From Stylophora pistillata (taxonomy: Eukaryota), in NCBI RefSeq assembly GCF_002571385.2, contig NW_019217908.1, positions 150,924 through 214,923 on the forward strand: 64,000 nucleotides of DNA. Reading direction: 5' to 3'. The position numbers were made by a program, and so were the translations under genes. How positions within the stretch are numbered: the first letter of the stretch is position 1; every line of letters begins with the position of its first letter. The notes beneath the pieces are model-generated. The model searched no databases. It was not told the origin of the DNA and saw only the letters and a program-made list of their open reading frames with translations. Positions 12,301 to 27,300 of this stretch are shown piece by piece.

Positions 12301-15300
12301 TATTTCTCTGCACCATATCCCTCTCTGTCTGACAACTGAAATTCAATGTAGATTGTAATCAATTTAATGAACTAAATCATATCCAGCTATTTATAACTCT
12401 CGAAAATGACATTTACAAACTAAACTAGAATATGTGATGTTAAAACCACTGGTAGATTTTCACCTGTTATTGAGTATGTTATTTCAGCATTTTTCCCGAT
12501 GTCTTTGTCCTCAGCAAAAACCTTTCCTATGGTTGTATTCTCTGGTTCGTTTTCAGTTGCCAGGAAGGGTCCGAAAGTCTAAAATAAAAGAAACGAACGT
12601 CTTCATGGAAAATCGAAATTCATCATTACTTAAAAAAATAAACGTTGCGAATAAAACGAAAATAATAGTAGTTAAATTAACATTAATAACAGAATTATAG
12701 ACGGATTTGAATAAAATACGGTTTTGAAGACATCTATTTATGAAACATCGCTTAAGTTCTAATCTATTCCTAGGTGACCTATATCTACTGAACAGTTAGG
12801 TAATGTTCATCCACTTACAAACCTTCTAGTTTTTTTTACATTTTCGTCTTGAACGTAAGTGATACTACGAGGTCGAATCCAAGTAGTCGGATTGAAGGAG
12901 AAAACAAGCGTATTTCATCACTTGACTAAAAAAACTTAAGCCTGTACACAGACTAAGGTGGAAATGGTGAATCCCTTCCACAAATGTTTACGAGAGGCCC
13001 TTTACGAGCGTCAACCTCGAGCCTCACCTCGACTTGCAAAACCACAAACTTATATACCAAAGGTTAAAGGAAATAAAACCGTGGTAAAAGAAAATATAGG
13101 TGGTCAAAGCTTCCGTACATGAAGGGCCTAACGTACGTTAAGCCTTACATGAAAGGCCTAACGTACGTTAAGCCTTTCACACAAATGAGTAACAATAAAA
13201 ATGAAGCAAACTTACGCTGGTAAAAATGAAGCTAACTTACGCTGGTAAATAGTGGTGTGTTGTCATTCATATCAAGTATCTTCACGTCAACTGTACCGAA
13301 ATCCATATATGGAACTGTGCCCTTGTCACGTGCCATGACGATGAGCTGAGGCAACGAAAATAATCACCAAGTCTTAAAATCATTGTATTCTTATGGATTA
13401 GGTGTATTGATTTACAAATCGAAGGCTCCTGTGAATTTTAGGTAATTAAAATAAACCAAACAGAAAATCTCGAAATATGTTTCTTTTGGTTCCGAAATAT
13501 TTCCGATTGAAAAGGCCATTCCATTTGATTCCCACGAAAACTCCACTTTCCATACGATAGAAAGCGCTCCTCGGTGTTAACGGCCAAACCAAGCAAGTCT
13601 CTAACAGCTCAGAGGTGCAGCATCCGAAGTAGTAATAGAAAAGTAATAGGTCTGACTCTCCCCCCAACCCTCCTCCAGGCTTAAAATCTAAAAGCTTAAC
13701 AAAGATCCCTCCGGAAAAGGTTAACATCACCCAGATAGGCATCCTGGGATTAAAAAAGGTCACTTACCGAATACGAGTCCTTCTTCTCCCGGTCGAGCGC
13801 ACCGGAAGTTGTTATAACTCCAGAAGTGGCGTTAATAACAAACTTCCCTTCCTCGCCATGCATGATGGCATATTCTACTCTCCCATTCATCATGATGTCG
13901 TCATCAGTGGCATTGACGTCATACACAAACGACCCAGTGTTGACATTCTATGGACGACATTTCATAGGTGGGAAAATATGTACTCCAAAGCTTAGCCAGC
14001 AATATTGACGTGAGACTCTTCGCCGTCTATTCGTTACGATCTAAAATATAATTATTCTTTAACATTTGGTGCTTTTACCTTCACAAGTTATTCAATTACC
14101 TCGAAGACTGAAGCCGTGCTCTTCTGCGGTCTTATGACGGGTGAGTTGTCGTTCACATCAGTCAAAAAAAATTCAACTTCTGATTGATCGGTTTTCTTAG
14201 GTTCCCCACCATCCTCTGCGAGCACACTAATTTTCAAGGAGTTGTCAGCTTCACGGTCCAGGGGTTTTGCCACACTTATCTCTCCAGTAATTTCATCAAT
14301 TGAAAAAAGGCCTTGAAATTAAAGTTAGAATTATTAATGGTTTGTTGATGTTAACATTTATGTTAATGAAAATTCATCACTAAGCTGACATGTTTTGGAG
14401 AGGTAATGACGCAATAGCAGGCGCGCCCCATCTCCGACTCCGACTCCGAATCCAAAGGCAGTTTTGGCTCACATCCTGGCTGTCTCATTGTTTTGGGATC
14501 CAGACCGTTCATCGTATTCTCTGCTCTAGCTCTGAAGGTTACAGCCATTATCTTGCATACTGCAATTTCTATACGAGGTTAGCAGTATCAACTTATGCAT
14601 TATGCGTTCATTTTGTAACAGGAACTTAACTCTACTCTCACAATGATAGGAGAAATTACCAGCTTTGTTTCCCGCTGAAATCATGTACCGCACGTTGCCA
14701 TTTTTGCCTACGTCAGCATCATTAGCTCGCACGACTTGTACAACAGTAGCGACGGCTACGTTTTCTACCAATTTCCGCTCATACAAACGGCGAGTAAACT
14801 TCGGAAAATTGTCATTTACATCCAAGACTTCGACGAACACCTGTAAAAAAAAAACACAAATTCTGGCGTTAGAACCTGTCTCTGGCTTGAAAATCATGGT
14901 CAGTGCACTTTAAATATTTATGGAAGATCTTTATAATTACGTGTTTGTAGGGATAAGACAGAAACCTGTTGACAGAATGCTTTAATTGAACAAATATTAA
15001 ACAGCACAACACTAGTGTAAGTTCGGTTGTGTGGACGGACATTTCACGATTTCTCTGCTCGGTAGAGCTTTATATTTCTTCGCCAGGAACTGGTAAGAAT
15101 TACAACTCCTTATGACAATCATGAAAGCAAGTTTTTGTGCTCTAAGACAATATAATTGACCATTACCTCTGCTTCAGAGGAAAGTCTATGGGCCCCATTA
15201 TCAGTGGCTACAAGAGTTAACCGATAAAGGTCCTTTTTCTCACGGTCTAGCGACTCAATAAGATTTAACTGTCCCGTTTCAGGAGAGATGAAAAACGTTC

Positions 15301-18300
15301 CCATGTCATCCTTCAGAGAATACGTGATCTAGGATTTAAATAGAGAATATTACAAGAATTGGAATGTGTCCGCTCCGTGGGCTTGATCGCTAAATTTCCA
15401 GGTAAAAATCTACCGTCCTACCTACATCGTCTAGATTCTTCTTAAAAGCTTAAAAGTCACGAGGGAACCATAGACTGTGCGCTAATAACTACAGATTTAC
15501 TGAAAGAGGTTTTCGTGTGGTTAAGCGCGACCGACACTCGCTATCATTTTTTTCGACGGGCAGTACCAACAGCAGCAACAACCGCGGTCTGTTGAAAGCA
15601 ACCTAACGAACGGTAAAATTGAAGGTTGCGCTGGTAACGAGTGGCTTGCGACGGACTAACAACTGAGATCAGGTTTGGGCCAATTATCATACAGTAATCA
15701 GTAATAAAATGATAAACTCTAAGCTGAGTTCGTTGCCAATCATGTCATTAAGAATTTGGCGAAATGCGAAGGTCTTAGACTAGAATCTTCGGGGCCGACG
15801 TTCGCGACCTGAATAAGCATAAGTTTCAAAGATTATAAGGCTTCTCGTTTAGAATCAGAGGTTTCTAAGCACTGGTCAGCTAAGCTTTTCGAGAAGTAAA
15901 ATGACCAGTATTCAAAACATGCAGGCCGTACATTACCTTTGCGTTTGCTCCGGTATCTTCATCAGTAGCAGTAATCTGATCAAAGTATGTATCCACTTTA
16001 GTATCCTCTGACACGCGCAAAGTGTAGGAATTTTGTGAAAATTGAGGCTGATTGTCATTGAAGTCTGTCACAGTAATGTTCAGGAGAACAAAGGACGTCA
16101 ACTGGGGCTGACCGTGGTCACTGGCAGAAATATTCAGCACGTAGAATTTATCCCTCATTGATTCGTAGTCAAGACGACCAGAGGGACGAACTATGCCTGA
16201 TAATTCTATAAAAAAGAAAAATAAGAATTCAAACAAAAACAATAGCAATAACAACAACATTTGAGGTGATCTTTATCTCTTCACGTCACTTGGGACTGAA
16301 ATTTCTATATTATTCAAGAGCAAAAACAACAAAACAATCAAGCTACGCAGTTTACCATCATCCGTCAAAGTGTAAAACAGACGAATACCAAATTTAAGAG
16401 CACAATTTGCCAAATAGCCGTATATTTGTACCAAAACGTCCTGTGTTTTCAAGACCAACGGTCCTTCGAAGGCAATTTTGTAGTATTTTTATTGGAGAGA
16501 GTTGAAAGAGAGGTCCTTAAAATCTAAAGGATACAAACTTATTCTCCAAGCCGCAGCAGCGTGTAGTGTTTTTACGGGACATTTTCAAAGAATTCAGTTG
16601 ACGAAAACTCAAACTTCCTCATTTTTTATTAGGAATGAGTTTTTGAATCTTACCTTCAATAATGAACTTGTCGCCGGCACCATCGACAATGTTGTAAGAT
16701 ACAGCAGCATTGCTGCCTTCGTCAGCGTCCAGAGCTGTGACCCTTATAACCTAACAAAAAGCAAATAATTAACGTAAAGTTACCTTGCACATCCTGAAAT
16801 CCCATGTTGTTAGTGCAGCTGTTCTCGATAACATACCTGATATCCACCAAAGGCGTTTTCCGGAACTGGTGCAGTATATTCTGGTCGTGTAAATACTGGT
16901 GGATTATCGTTGGTATCTATCACCAGGACTTCAAGAGTTGTGTTACTTCTCAAAGGGGGGCTGCCTTTGTCTTTGGCCTGAGAGGAAGGGAAAACAAACC
17001 TCTAGTTTTTAACGGGTCACCCTCTCTTGTCGAGCTTTGCGTTGAACAAAAAGGCTCGTAGGAGGCAGCTTCTGTTCATTTATTTCTTACACATTCATTA
17101 GATGATTTATTTTTTGGCATTATTTATACAGGCATATTCAATTTCGCCAAGGCTGGTAAAAACAGGGTCTTTAAGATTAACATGTAGTACTAATGTTCTA
17201 TAAATTGTCCAACCGGTCTCGTTTCCATGCTTTCATAATCATCGTCCTCACACTTACCTCCACAGTCATGATATACTTTTCCTGCAATTCACGATCCAGA
17301 CTATATGAAGTACTAACATAACCAGTGTCTGGATCAATGATGAAAGGCAGGGTTACTAAAATTGAAAAAACAAAATCCAATTTTTTCTCACAATAGACGT
17401 TAGTGCAGGGGCGTAGCCAGGATTTTTCAAAGGGGGAGGGGGGCACAGAGGCTACTCACCATTTACACCGTTGCTCTCCCACGTGTATAAGCGGGCTCAG
17501 TTGTATTATCGCGGCATGAAGGCCCATATCAATGGCTTTTACGGCCAAGATATTGTCATGGCGTTTTCGCCACCTGAATATCGTAGGTTGTTTGCTCTAA
17601 AGAAGACCTACCAAGGGGGGGCCACGGGCACCCCAGGACACCCCTGGCTACGCCCTTGTAGTAGTTTTGCATAAATTGAATCAAAAGAACAAAACTGGTT
17701 CCAAGGGATCCGAATCTGTGGGCGCTGTGTTAACTAAGAGAGTTTGACGGCAGTGCTTCTTAAAGGCCAGGTTACCTTCGTCTTTCCCAGTGGACTCGCA
17801 TCCGTAAAGTTCCAGCCTCATGCAAATCCTGCCATTCCACGACTGAGGATGAACTCGCACGTAACGTGCGTGAAATGGAGGAAGAACACGATTCGTGTTG
17901 GTACTACCACCATCATTGTTGCCCTGGAAAACCTACAGGGGAAACCATGGTATCAGGAGCAGGCTGACTCGTACAGGCTATAGCTTTAATAGCTTACCAA
18001 CGAGCTATCTGTGGCTCAATGGTTGAGCATTAGATCACGAAATTATTTAAGGTCCCATTCTCCCAATTGAAAGACTTTAAATAGAGAGAGAAAACAGACA
18101 GGCTTTACATTCAAAATTGCAAAGAAGGTTATTTTAGATCAACCAAAAGCATGAAATTTCTGAACTAAACTTGACTTCAGTTAAATCGCACTTGCATTCG
18201 AAGATTCAATGCAAATCAATTTCCTAAGTTTAGGAAGAAAACAAGTCGCATATCTTGATGTTAGAACTTTGCGGTTTCTATTTGACTTTCTGTCATACCA

Positions 18301-21300
18301 CTCTGTGGAATTCAAAGGAGCTACCATCCAAACTGAACGACAGTTTGAAAGTTTTAACGTAATCGTTGGATCCAGGCCTCCCCTGTGTGGCAACTTTTGT
18401 AACCTTTCGCATTCCTCGAAAGTCAATCTGCAGATATTGTTTTTTGTTATTCGTTGCTGCACACCAAGCCCCTAAAAAGAAATAGACAAGGAAAGTATAA
18501 CTACCCTGCTTAATTATTGTTGTTGACGTTTTTATCGTTTTTTGTCGTTGTTGTTGTTGCTTTTTTAACTGGTGATATTAATGCAGATTTAAAAAAAATA
18601 CCAGTTTACTTCCTTTTCTTAACATACGCTCCGTGAGGTTTTGGTTTTGGTTTTCCACCACTCATCCGAAAATCCCTCAACTCATTCAACTCATCAAAAA
18701 GTTCAAAAGGCTCCAAAATATCTAAAGATCGTCACTTGAAGGAGTATCTTTGATACATTTAACATTTTTCAGCCACTCGATGTGTTTTATATTCTTCTCT
18801 TTTATTACAAACGTCAAGCAATGCTGTCAGTGAACAATCTTTATTAATTGTCTTTTTACCTTTGTAAGATATCCCAAACTGGTTAAAAACTTTGTTATTT
18901 AGTCTCCCCTGTGTTGGTGAGTAATCCTCGTTAGGGACAGTGTATGTACTTGTGGCTCGAGTGTCGCTGGCTTTGACGTCACCTTTCTCCAGTCCCAGAG
19001 GAGTCTCGCAGTCTGAGTGAATCGAGATCATTGACTGCCCTGGGCCTGAAAATAAGAAGACACGTACAATATAGCCCAAATGTAAGCTATTAGTTTCGAC
19101 TCACGAGAACTGCGGAGCAACCAATGACCAGCAACCATGGTCCTCAATGGCCTACCATTCAGAAGCAGAAGTAGTACTTTTACAAAACAATTTGACCATT
19201 TAGTGCTGCTTTGTGACACAGTTGCAGTTTCATTGCCTTTTTTGCGCTTCTGAAGACAGGGCTGCCATTTCGAGCCGTAGCAGCTCATCTGTGACATGAC
19301 TATGTTGCATGGCATTAATGTGTTTCCGTTGATTGTATCTTAAAACTCGATGTCCTCGTAATCTCATGCGTTTGGATAAACTTTTACATAGCTTAGTTCC
19401 AAAAAGTGCTCAAATTTAAAAAAATATATATGTACCAAAATATTGGAAAATTTACTAAATAAAGACAGATTCTTCCAAAAATCGCCGGACGACAATGTTG
19501 ATGAAAGTTCTATCTGATAATGTATTGGAATTCACTTAAAATGACTGTCTTACCAATATTCGCGTGAGTGATGGCATACTCAAATACAGCGTTCTCCCCT
19601 GCGTCGCTATCCAGCGCTTCCACACGACCGACTCTTGTTCCAAGAGGCACATCCTCCATGACGGTCATTTTGTGAGGAGAAAGGAACTGGAAATGAGGAG
19701 CGTTGTCGTTTTCGTCAGTCACATGGACGGTCACCTTTAAAAAGAAAGAAGCTTTAAAACAGAACTTATATGGTAGGCCCTAGACTTTGAAATCTGGATT
19801 AAGAGTTTTGGAGACCTAGTATGATGCACACCTTGATTCTCAGAAAAATAGATATAGTACCGCCTTTACGCAAACGGCGACGGCAAAAACGGTAGAAATT
19901 CATTTTGTTCCCCTTCGAGTGTTTATGGATTACAGCAAGAGTAAAAAAATTGTCTTAATAGCAGCAGTTCATCCATTTCTAGCATAGATGTATACTTACA
20001 TATCAGAAAACAAAAAATTAAATCAGAGCCAAATTTTGCTGTTCGTTGAACTGTAGCCTACATTAATGTGGACTGCTATGTGGGTTTATATGATACAGAC
20101 GAATAAGGTTTGATGACTTTGAATTATATCCTCAGTGCATAAGGATAGTCGAAAAGCTAGCTTCTACCCTTTCTGTAACCAAACAAGTGCAATGACTAGG
20201 AAGATTGAGGAACAGATAGCGGCAATTTAAGATTTAAACATAAGTCCTCTACCTTAGTGTGTTGTTTGATTGTTTTCTTACCGAAGTGTAGCCACTGAGC
20301 GGAGTTTGTCCGTTATCCATGGCTGGAACGGTGAACACATAATCATCACGAACTTCTCTGTCTAGCAACATCAATGTCGAAATTTCGCCCTATATGGGAG
20401 TTTGTAAATACTATTTTTGTTAGATGCAAAAATTTCTAAAATCCAAGTTTTATTTTCCCCAAACTGAAGAGAGAAGAACTTGCTGCCTTTCTATAACATC
20501 AAGAAATGGTTAAATATTCTAGTCTTCTCGGATAGGGACGAACAAATGGAGGTCCCGTCTCCTGCAGGGTTGGGGAAGGAGACGTTAAATTCCCACACAC
20601 GAGATTACTGTGTGATTCCTTTCATCTAGATCACCCCACAGTAGCGCATGTAAAAGATGCAACCTCTGCCTAAAAGAAAAACTACTCCTCATCTACCGAC
20701 CTGAATTACCATCAGTCAATAAACGTAATGAGCTTGTGTCCTCATGCCGCCACAGAAACAAAGTATTACTACGCAATAACTGAACAAAGCACTACTGCGC
20801 ACTAACTGAACAAAGCACTACTGCGCAATAACTGAACAAAGCACTACTGCGCAATAACTGAACAAAGCACTACTGCGCAATAACTGAACAAAGCACTACT
20901 GCGCAATAACTGAACAAAGCACTACTGCGCAATAACTGAACAAAGCACTACTGCGCAATAACTGAACAAAGCACTACTGCGTAATAACTGAACAAAGCAC
21001 TACTGCGCAATAACTGAACAAAGCACTACTGCGCAATAACTGAACAAAGCACTACTGCGCAATAACTGAACAAAGCACTACTGCGCAATAACTGAACAAA
21101 GCACTACTGCGCAATAACTGAACAAAGCACTACTGCGCAATAACTGAACAAAGCACTACTGCGCAATAACTGAACAAAGCACTACTGCGCAATAACTGAA
21201 CAAAGCACTACTGCGCAATAACTGAACAAAGCACTACTGCGCAATAACTGAACAAAGCACTACTGCGCAATAACTGAACAAAGCACTACTGCGCAATAAC

Positions 21301-24300
21301 TGAACAAAGCACTACTGCGCAATAACTGAACAAAGCACTACTGCGCAATAACTGAACAAAGCACTACTGCGCAATAACTGAACAAAGCACTTCTTTCACC
21401 ACCACGCCTCTTATACAAATTTGTGACGTATATAAACGATGGTAACGAATAGGCCTTTTGCNAAAATCCACAGAATCTGCAATAATTAAAACTTCAGAAT
21501 TTCTATACTAGACTGTTATAGTTAGATGACAAGGAACGAATTACTTAAGTACTTTCCATGCTGCACGAAGAAGTTTATTTAGCTGATATCTCATTCTCGC
21601 GTTGTGTAGTGTAATATAAACGGTAGCCTTACCGTGCTTCGTTCAATCTGGAACTCGTCCTGTAAAGATACAATACTGTATGCGAGAACTGCTCCAGGCC
21701 TGTGCTTTGAAACTACAACTTGCAAAATTGGAGTTCCTGATGGTTGGTTTTCCGTAACATTGACTACATAAGATGATCTACGATGCAAAGAAAAGATGAA
21801 AACCATCAAGTAATATTCACTATCAAATGGCAGACTCAAAACCACTTTGTTGATCAATTTTGATGTTTTTTTTTAATTACGTGTAATAGCCTTCGTCAGG
21901 CAGTCGGATATTCAGTCGGATCATCTTGTCTCCCATTTAGCTGTTCGTTAGTCTTCCATTACAGAGGTCAAGTCCTATACGCTGGCTCGCTGAAATGGAA
22001 GGCGGGTGCTTGGGGTATACCGCGCCTATCATTCTCGCCAGTCAGCCACCAGATGGAATACTACCTCTATGTCTGACACATCCCTACAAACCAGCATTGA
22101 GCCCCCATCCCAGGCACCTATCAACACTAATTAGATCACTGAAAAGCAAAAAAAGGGAGGGTCCGGGTGGGGAAGGACTTAATTAAAAGCTACCGCTACA
22201 AAACCGTTTATGACTGCTGAAAACAGCGGCTTCCAAACAGCTCATTAACTCGAAGATTCTAGCTGTAAAAAAGTTGCAAACTTACATGTAATCGTGCATT
22301 CATAAGAATGACCGCTAATTACAAATACCCACTAAGCTCGTGGAGCCTACCTTAGTAAATTTTTATTTAACTAAAATTTAACTTAATCAAACTAAGTCTG
22401 TCAAACATTCAATAAGTCATTCAAAATTTGGTCTTTTCTGAAGTAGGTCAATCATCATCCCGGTCAAAGGCTCATTTCTTCGTTACGTTGCCTTCACCTG
22501 TTAAACACTGGACTGTCATCGCCTGCATCCACAATGTTCATCTCTACTGTGATGTTGGATGAACGAGAAATGATACCCTGATCACGTGCCACCACCTTAA
22601 AAACGAAGGAACCATTGACGTCAATCACATCACGTCGGAGGAGATCGATACGATTGATTGGCTTGTGAACCCTGACAGGAAAAATGAGATACGAAATTAA
22701 ACATTAAGCTGGATCATCAAAGAAGCTGGATTAGAAATAACGATATAATTTACCCTAATCCAACAAATAATACAATTTGAATTGCATGGGATGAGGTAAA
22801 ATGTTATTCGTAATTTAGATAGCAACTGCGATCAATTGGCTTTGGTTTGCATGCCTCTCTTCGGACATCCCCAAAAAGCTGGATTCCCTACGTTGCTTTT
22901 GAGATCTTTCTCCGAGTTCATATAATCTGGGTATCGATATAATCTACCTTATCGCTTCAATGGCACTCCTTTTGAGAATAACAAATGACATGAAGCAAAA
23001 TAAAGTTTAAAAATATACACATTTACTCATTTGACTGCTTTCAAAGCATTTCTCTGATATTGTATGTAAGGGTTTCTATTTAAAAGTAATGAAACGAAAA
23101 CAAGTCTTTAACTTACTTTATAAACCCGTCTTCTGGGTCGACACTAAACAAGTCGTCCTTCGCATCAGCAATGAGATATACAATGCGGGAATTTTCATGG
23201 ACATCCTTATCTTCTGCAACAATGGTTAACACTATTGTACCAACCGGCGTCTTGTCAATAACGTCGGTCTTGTACCTCTCGCTCAGGAAATAAGGAGAAT
23301 TGTCATTTGTGTCTGATATCACCACATTTACAGCTACACTTGATCCCAGACCTCCACCATCTTGAACACGTACGATGAATGAATATGTGTCTTGAGTTTC
23401 TCGGTCCAGTTTCCCTGTGGTTGTCACGCTCCCCGTTTTGGGGTCAATCGTGAACTTAGGGTGGCTCATGGAGTACGATACATCAGAATTTAACCCATAA
23501 TCTGGATCTTTAGCTGTGAGATTTACAAGTAAACTACCGACTGAGGAATCTTCTGAGATTGTAACTTTGTAGACCAATTTTTCAAATCGCGGTATATTGT
23601 CGTTCACGTCTGACAAAGTAACATGAACAAAACCAAAACCTTCTAGCGGGTAATAACTACCATCTAAAGCTGAAACATTTAGAACATAGTGTTCTTTCAT
23701 TTCTCGATCCAGATCACCAATTACGCGAATAACTCCGTCGCTTCTTCCAATCTCAAATTTTCCATCTGCTCCAGAAATCAGCGAATAAGACACTTTTCCG
23801 TTAAGATTATGATCTGGGTCTACAGCAAAAACGTTTGTCACTGAGAAACCAACTGGAGAATCCTCACTGATAGTTGCACTTTTCGTCGTTGGTTCAAATC
23901 TGGGAACGTTGTCGTTAACGTCGATAACCTGTATCCTAACAGGCACGGACGAAGCATGCCCAAAGCCCGTCTCGTCAACAGCTACCGCAAAAAAGGAATA
24001 GTTTTCAATCCTCTCGTGGTCCAGTGTCGGCAGAGGAAATTTTCGCGTGGAAATGATGCCTGTAATTGGATCAATGGCAAACTGATGTCTTTCGGAACCA
24101 TTGAGGTGATAGCGGATCTCTCCGTATAGACCTTCATCAAGGTCTGTAGCTTTAATCTTTTGGTGCTGAAAAAGAAAACGAACATATCAAGAAGGATTTT
24201 AAAAATTCGTTGCGAGCGCAGGAAAAAATTTTGAATAACTGCTGTGATTAGAGCATTATATTCTCTAATTTTTGCGAATAGATCACCTCCCGACTGCACA

Positions 24301-27300
24301 AGAGTAAACTCGCTCGTGAGCAGGGCCAAATGTTTGCCCTACGTGTGCGGCAAAAGCGTCTTGCAAGGATCAATGTAAATAGGAGAGTTACTTTTGAGTC
24401 TTCTACAACATGGAAGAGTTCATACAAACTCTACAATTTACCAGGACACCGCATTCCTTCAAAAATGGAAGTTTACAATGTGCTTCATGGAGAGTTTAAG
24501 GCCAAATAGGTTCTAATCGCATAAGTAAAAACGTGGTATTGAAAAATGCTAACGATCCATTCAACTATTCTTCAGAAAAAGGTTTGTTACAGACTATCAT
24601 TCCGCCTCACAAAGTTATCTTTTAGCCTATCTGTACTCACCATGTTCACAGTCGTCCCAGCTATGGAGTTTTCCATTATATTCCCAGTATACATAGCTTG
24701 AGTAAACTTTGGTGCGTTGTCGTTCACATCTACTACTGTTACAAACACTGTAGCAAAAGCCTACAAAGAAACACAGGATTGAATCGAATATAATATCAAA
24801 AGGATAGTCTTAGCCATCAATGAACGAAATATGTATCTATTTAAAAAACTAAATCAATGAAACCTCCTGGATAAATGATTTGATTGGTTAAGAGAGTGGG
24901 ACAAATTGGGTCGACCAATAACAGAGCTTTGTAACACGAAACCGATGCAATCTCGAATTAATATCGACATTCAGTTGAATATTGCTGATTTTTTTTTTCT
25001 TAATATTATTGCTTGAATATTACCTTCCTACTGAGTGGAACTCCTCCGTCAGCCGCGGTCACAGTTAGAGTGTAGTTGTTTCTTTGTTCCCGATCAACAT
25101 GACTTTTAACTTTAACCGTTCCATAACTTCCCTGCACGAAAAGTGCAAGAACAGACAAGAGTTCAATGTCAAGGACAAAATTATTTATATGTTTTATACT
25201 TCCCAAAGGATATTTCCAAAAGATAATTCATTCATTGATATCCCACTTTCTTTAGAAAGAAATTAAAACGACTTCAATTTAAATGACTGACATGCCTTTT
25301 CTGTATATTGTTTGCTATTTTGTTCACTCTTGCTTATCTCAGTACCCGTTTCTCTCATCCACCACTTCTATATACTTTATCTTCCTTCTTTCACAATCTA
25401 ATTTAGGTAGTGGGGAATTTTCAGAATTTAATGTGACCATTACAAACTCTAAGCTTGATCGTATTCCGTTACACTGCCGTTGTTCTGAGGGGCTCTCAAT
25501 TTTTTTAAGAAAAAGACCTCATTGTTGGTGTACCTGCGTATCGACAGTGAACACAGAGAAAGGATCCCCTCAAGTGACACTGTAGGTAATCCGAGCGTTT
25601 TGTCCGCTGTCCGCATCTGTTGCTGTAACATTTATTAGGGCTGTCCCCACGGGTGAATTTTCAAACACAGACACTGTGTAGTTGACCGGATCAAAGACTG
25701 GGTCGTTGTCGTTTATATCACCAACTTCAATGTAGACTTGAGTCTAAAGAGAAGTAAAATGCATTACGATATGGAAGTCAATGCTCCACAAGCTAATGTT
25801 AAAAGGTCTTGATCTGAGAGCTCCATAGAACAATAAGGAAACACTGCAAATGCGTAGATTAAGAATTTTTTGACGACTTTATCGAGAAAAAAATTGAGAG
25901 GGAATAAGAAAAATTGGCGATGACTGAATAAAAAAAAGCCTCTGGACCTTTGGCGGCCAAATTGATTTTTAGACACGCGCTTTTCTACCTTCAGTGCCAC
26001 AAAAAACTAGAGTGCGCTGTAAAGTAAAGCAAGGGAATAGGTGTGAAAAAATGGGCATATTTACTTAGGAAATGACTGAAGTCTCGTAAAAGATGCTAGA
26101 AAGTTTATACTTACCGTTGCAATCCGTGCAGGTTTTCCTTGATCTGACACGCCAATGGTAAGATTGTAGGAGAATGTCTGTTGTCGCTCAAGATTCTTGC
26201 GAGTTCTGATCATGGCTGTCTGAGGATCCAGCGAAAAATCGCCTTTTAAAAAAAAATAAGGGTTCAATTTTGTTAGGTATGTGATAGTTTCAATAAAAAA
26301 TGCTCCTTCTCTTGAGGTACTATTCATTAAATAATAGAAACGTCAGTCATTGTCAAGGACTCAGTGTAAAAGCCTTCTTTCTATGACCGGGCGACCACAC
26401 TATGTGATCGATCGAAAATATACTTTGGACAGGGGTATGATCCTTCGGAAATTAGATCTGTTGGGGTTCGAAGACTAAAGAATGAAGTCTGTGGAATTTA
26501 ATGCGCGCGCCAACAACTGCAAATCAGAGAGAGTACTAACATACCTCCTGTGTTACCGGATATCAACTCGTAAACAAGTTTCCCATTATTTCCAGCATCC
26601 GGGTCAACAGCAACTGCAGCAATGACGTCACTATTAGCTTTGGCTCCTTCCGATATCTTAACATTGTATCCATTAGGTGGGAACAACGGTGTATTGTCGT
26701 TTATATCCTCGATAAGCACATGTACCTGAAAAGAGAGTTTCCAGTTTCCATGGGCAAGCAAGCAATTTCTTTGAAATAATTGCGTATAAGATATGCAATA
26801 TTAACCATGGTTGAGTTCTCAAAATAATCATGATTTAAACGTCGATTGTAGACTTACAGACAGCGAAGTAAAAGGTATCAGAAAGTGTAGTGTGATTGTT
26901 GGTTTTGGTCCAACAAAGAACTGTTGTCGGCGATAATGAAGGAAATCTCGACAACCTTTGCGAGATTTTCGAAGTGTAATTCTATATCGCAATTCTATAT
27001 CGCAAAAAAACGTTTTTACTTTTCGTTTTCTTCTACACCACCCCCATCCTGATGAACAACTTCACAAAATAGAAGGGCTGAGGAAAAGGTAGATAGAAGG
27101 AAAGGATCAGTTTTGACTACGATTGACGACGAAACAACGACACACTGCAAGCAATCAAAACGTTCATCGATAAATGCAAATAGGAGGATCATGTAAAAGT
27201 AAGATTCTCATAAACAACGGAGCTTCGATAAATTACCGTCGCTGTATTTCGCTGTTTAGGCGAGCCATGGTCAGTGGCAGCGACCAATAACGTATACACT

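Noticed and set aside
20774-21390. CRISPR-like array
   Set aside because: Contiguous identical units without spacers, eukaryotic intron, no cas genes.
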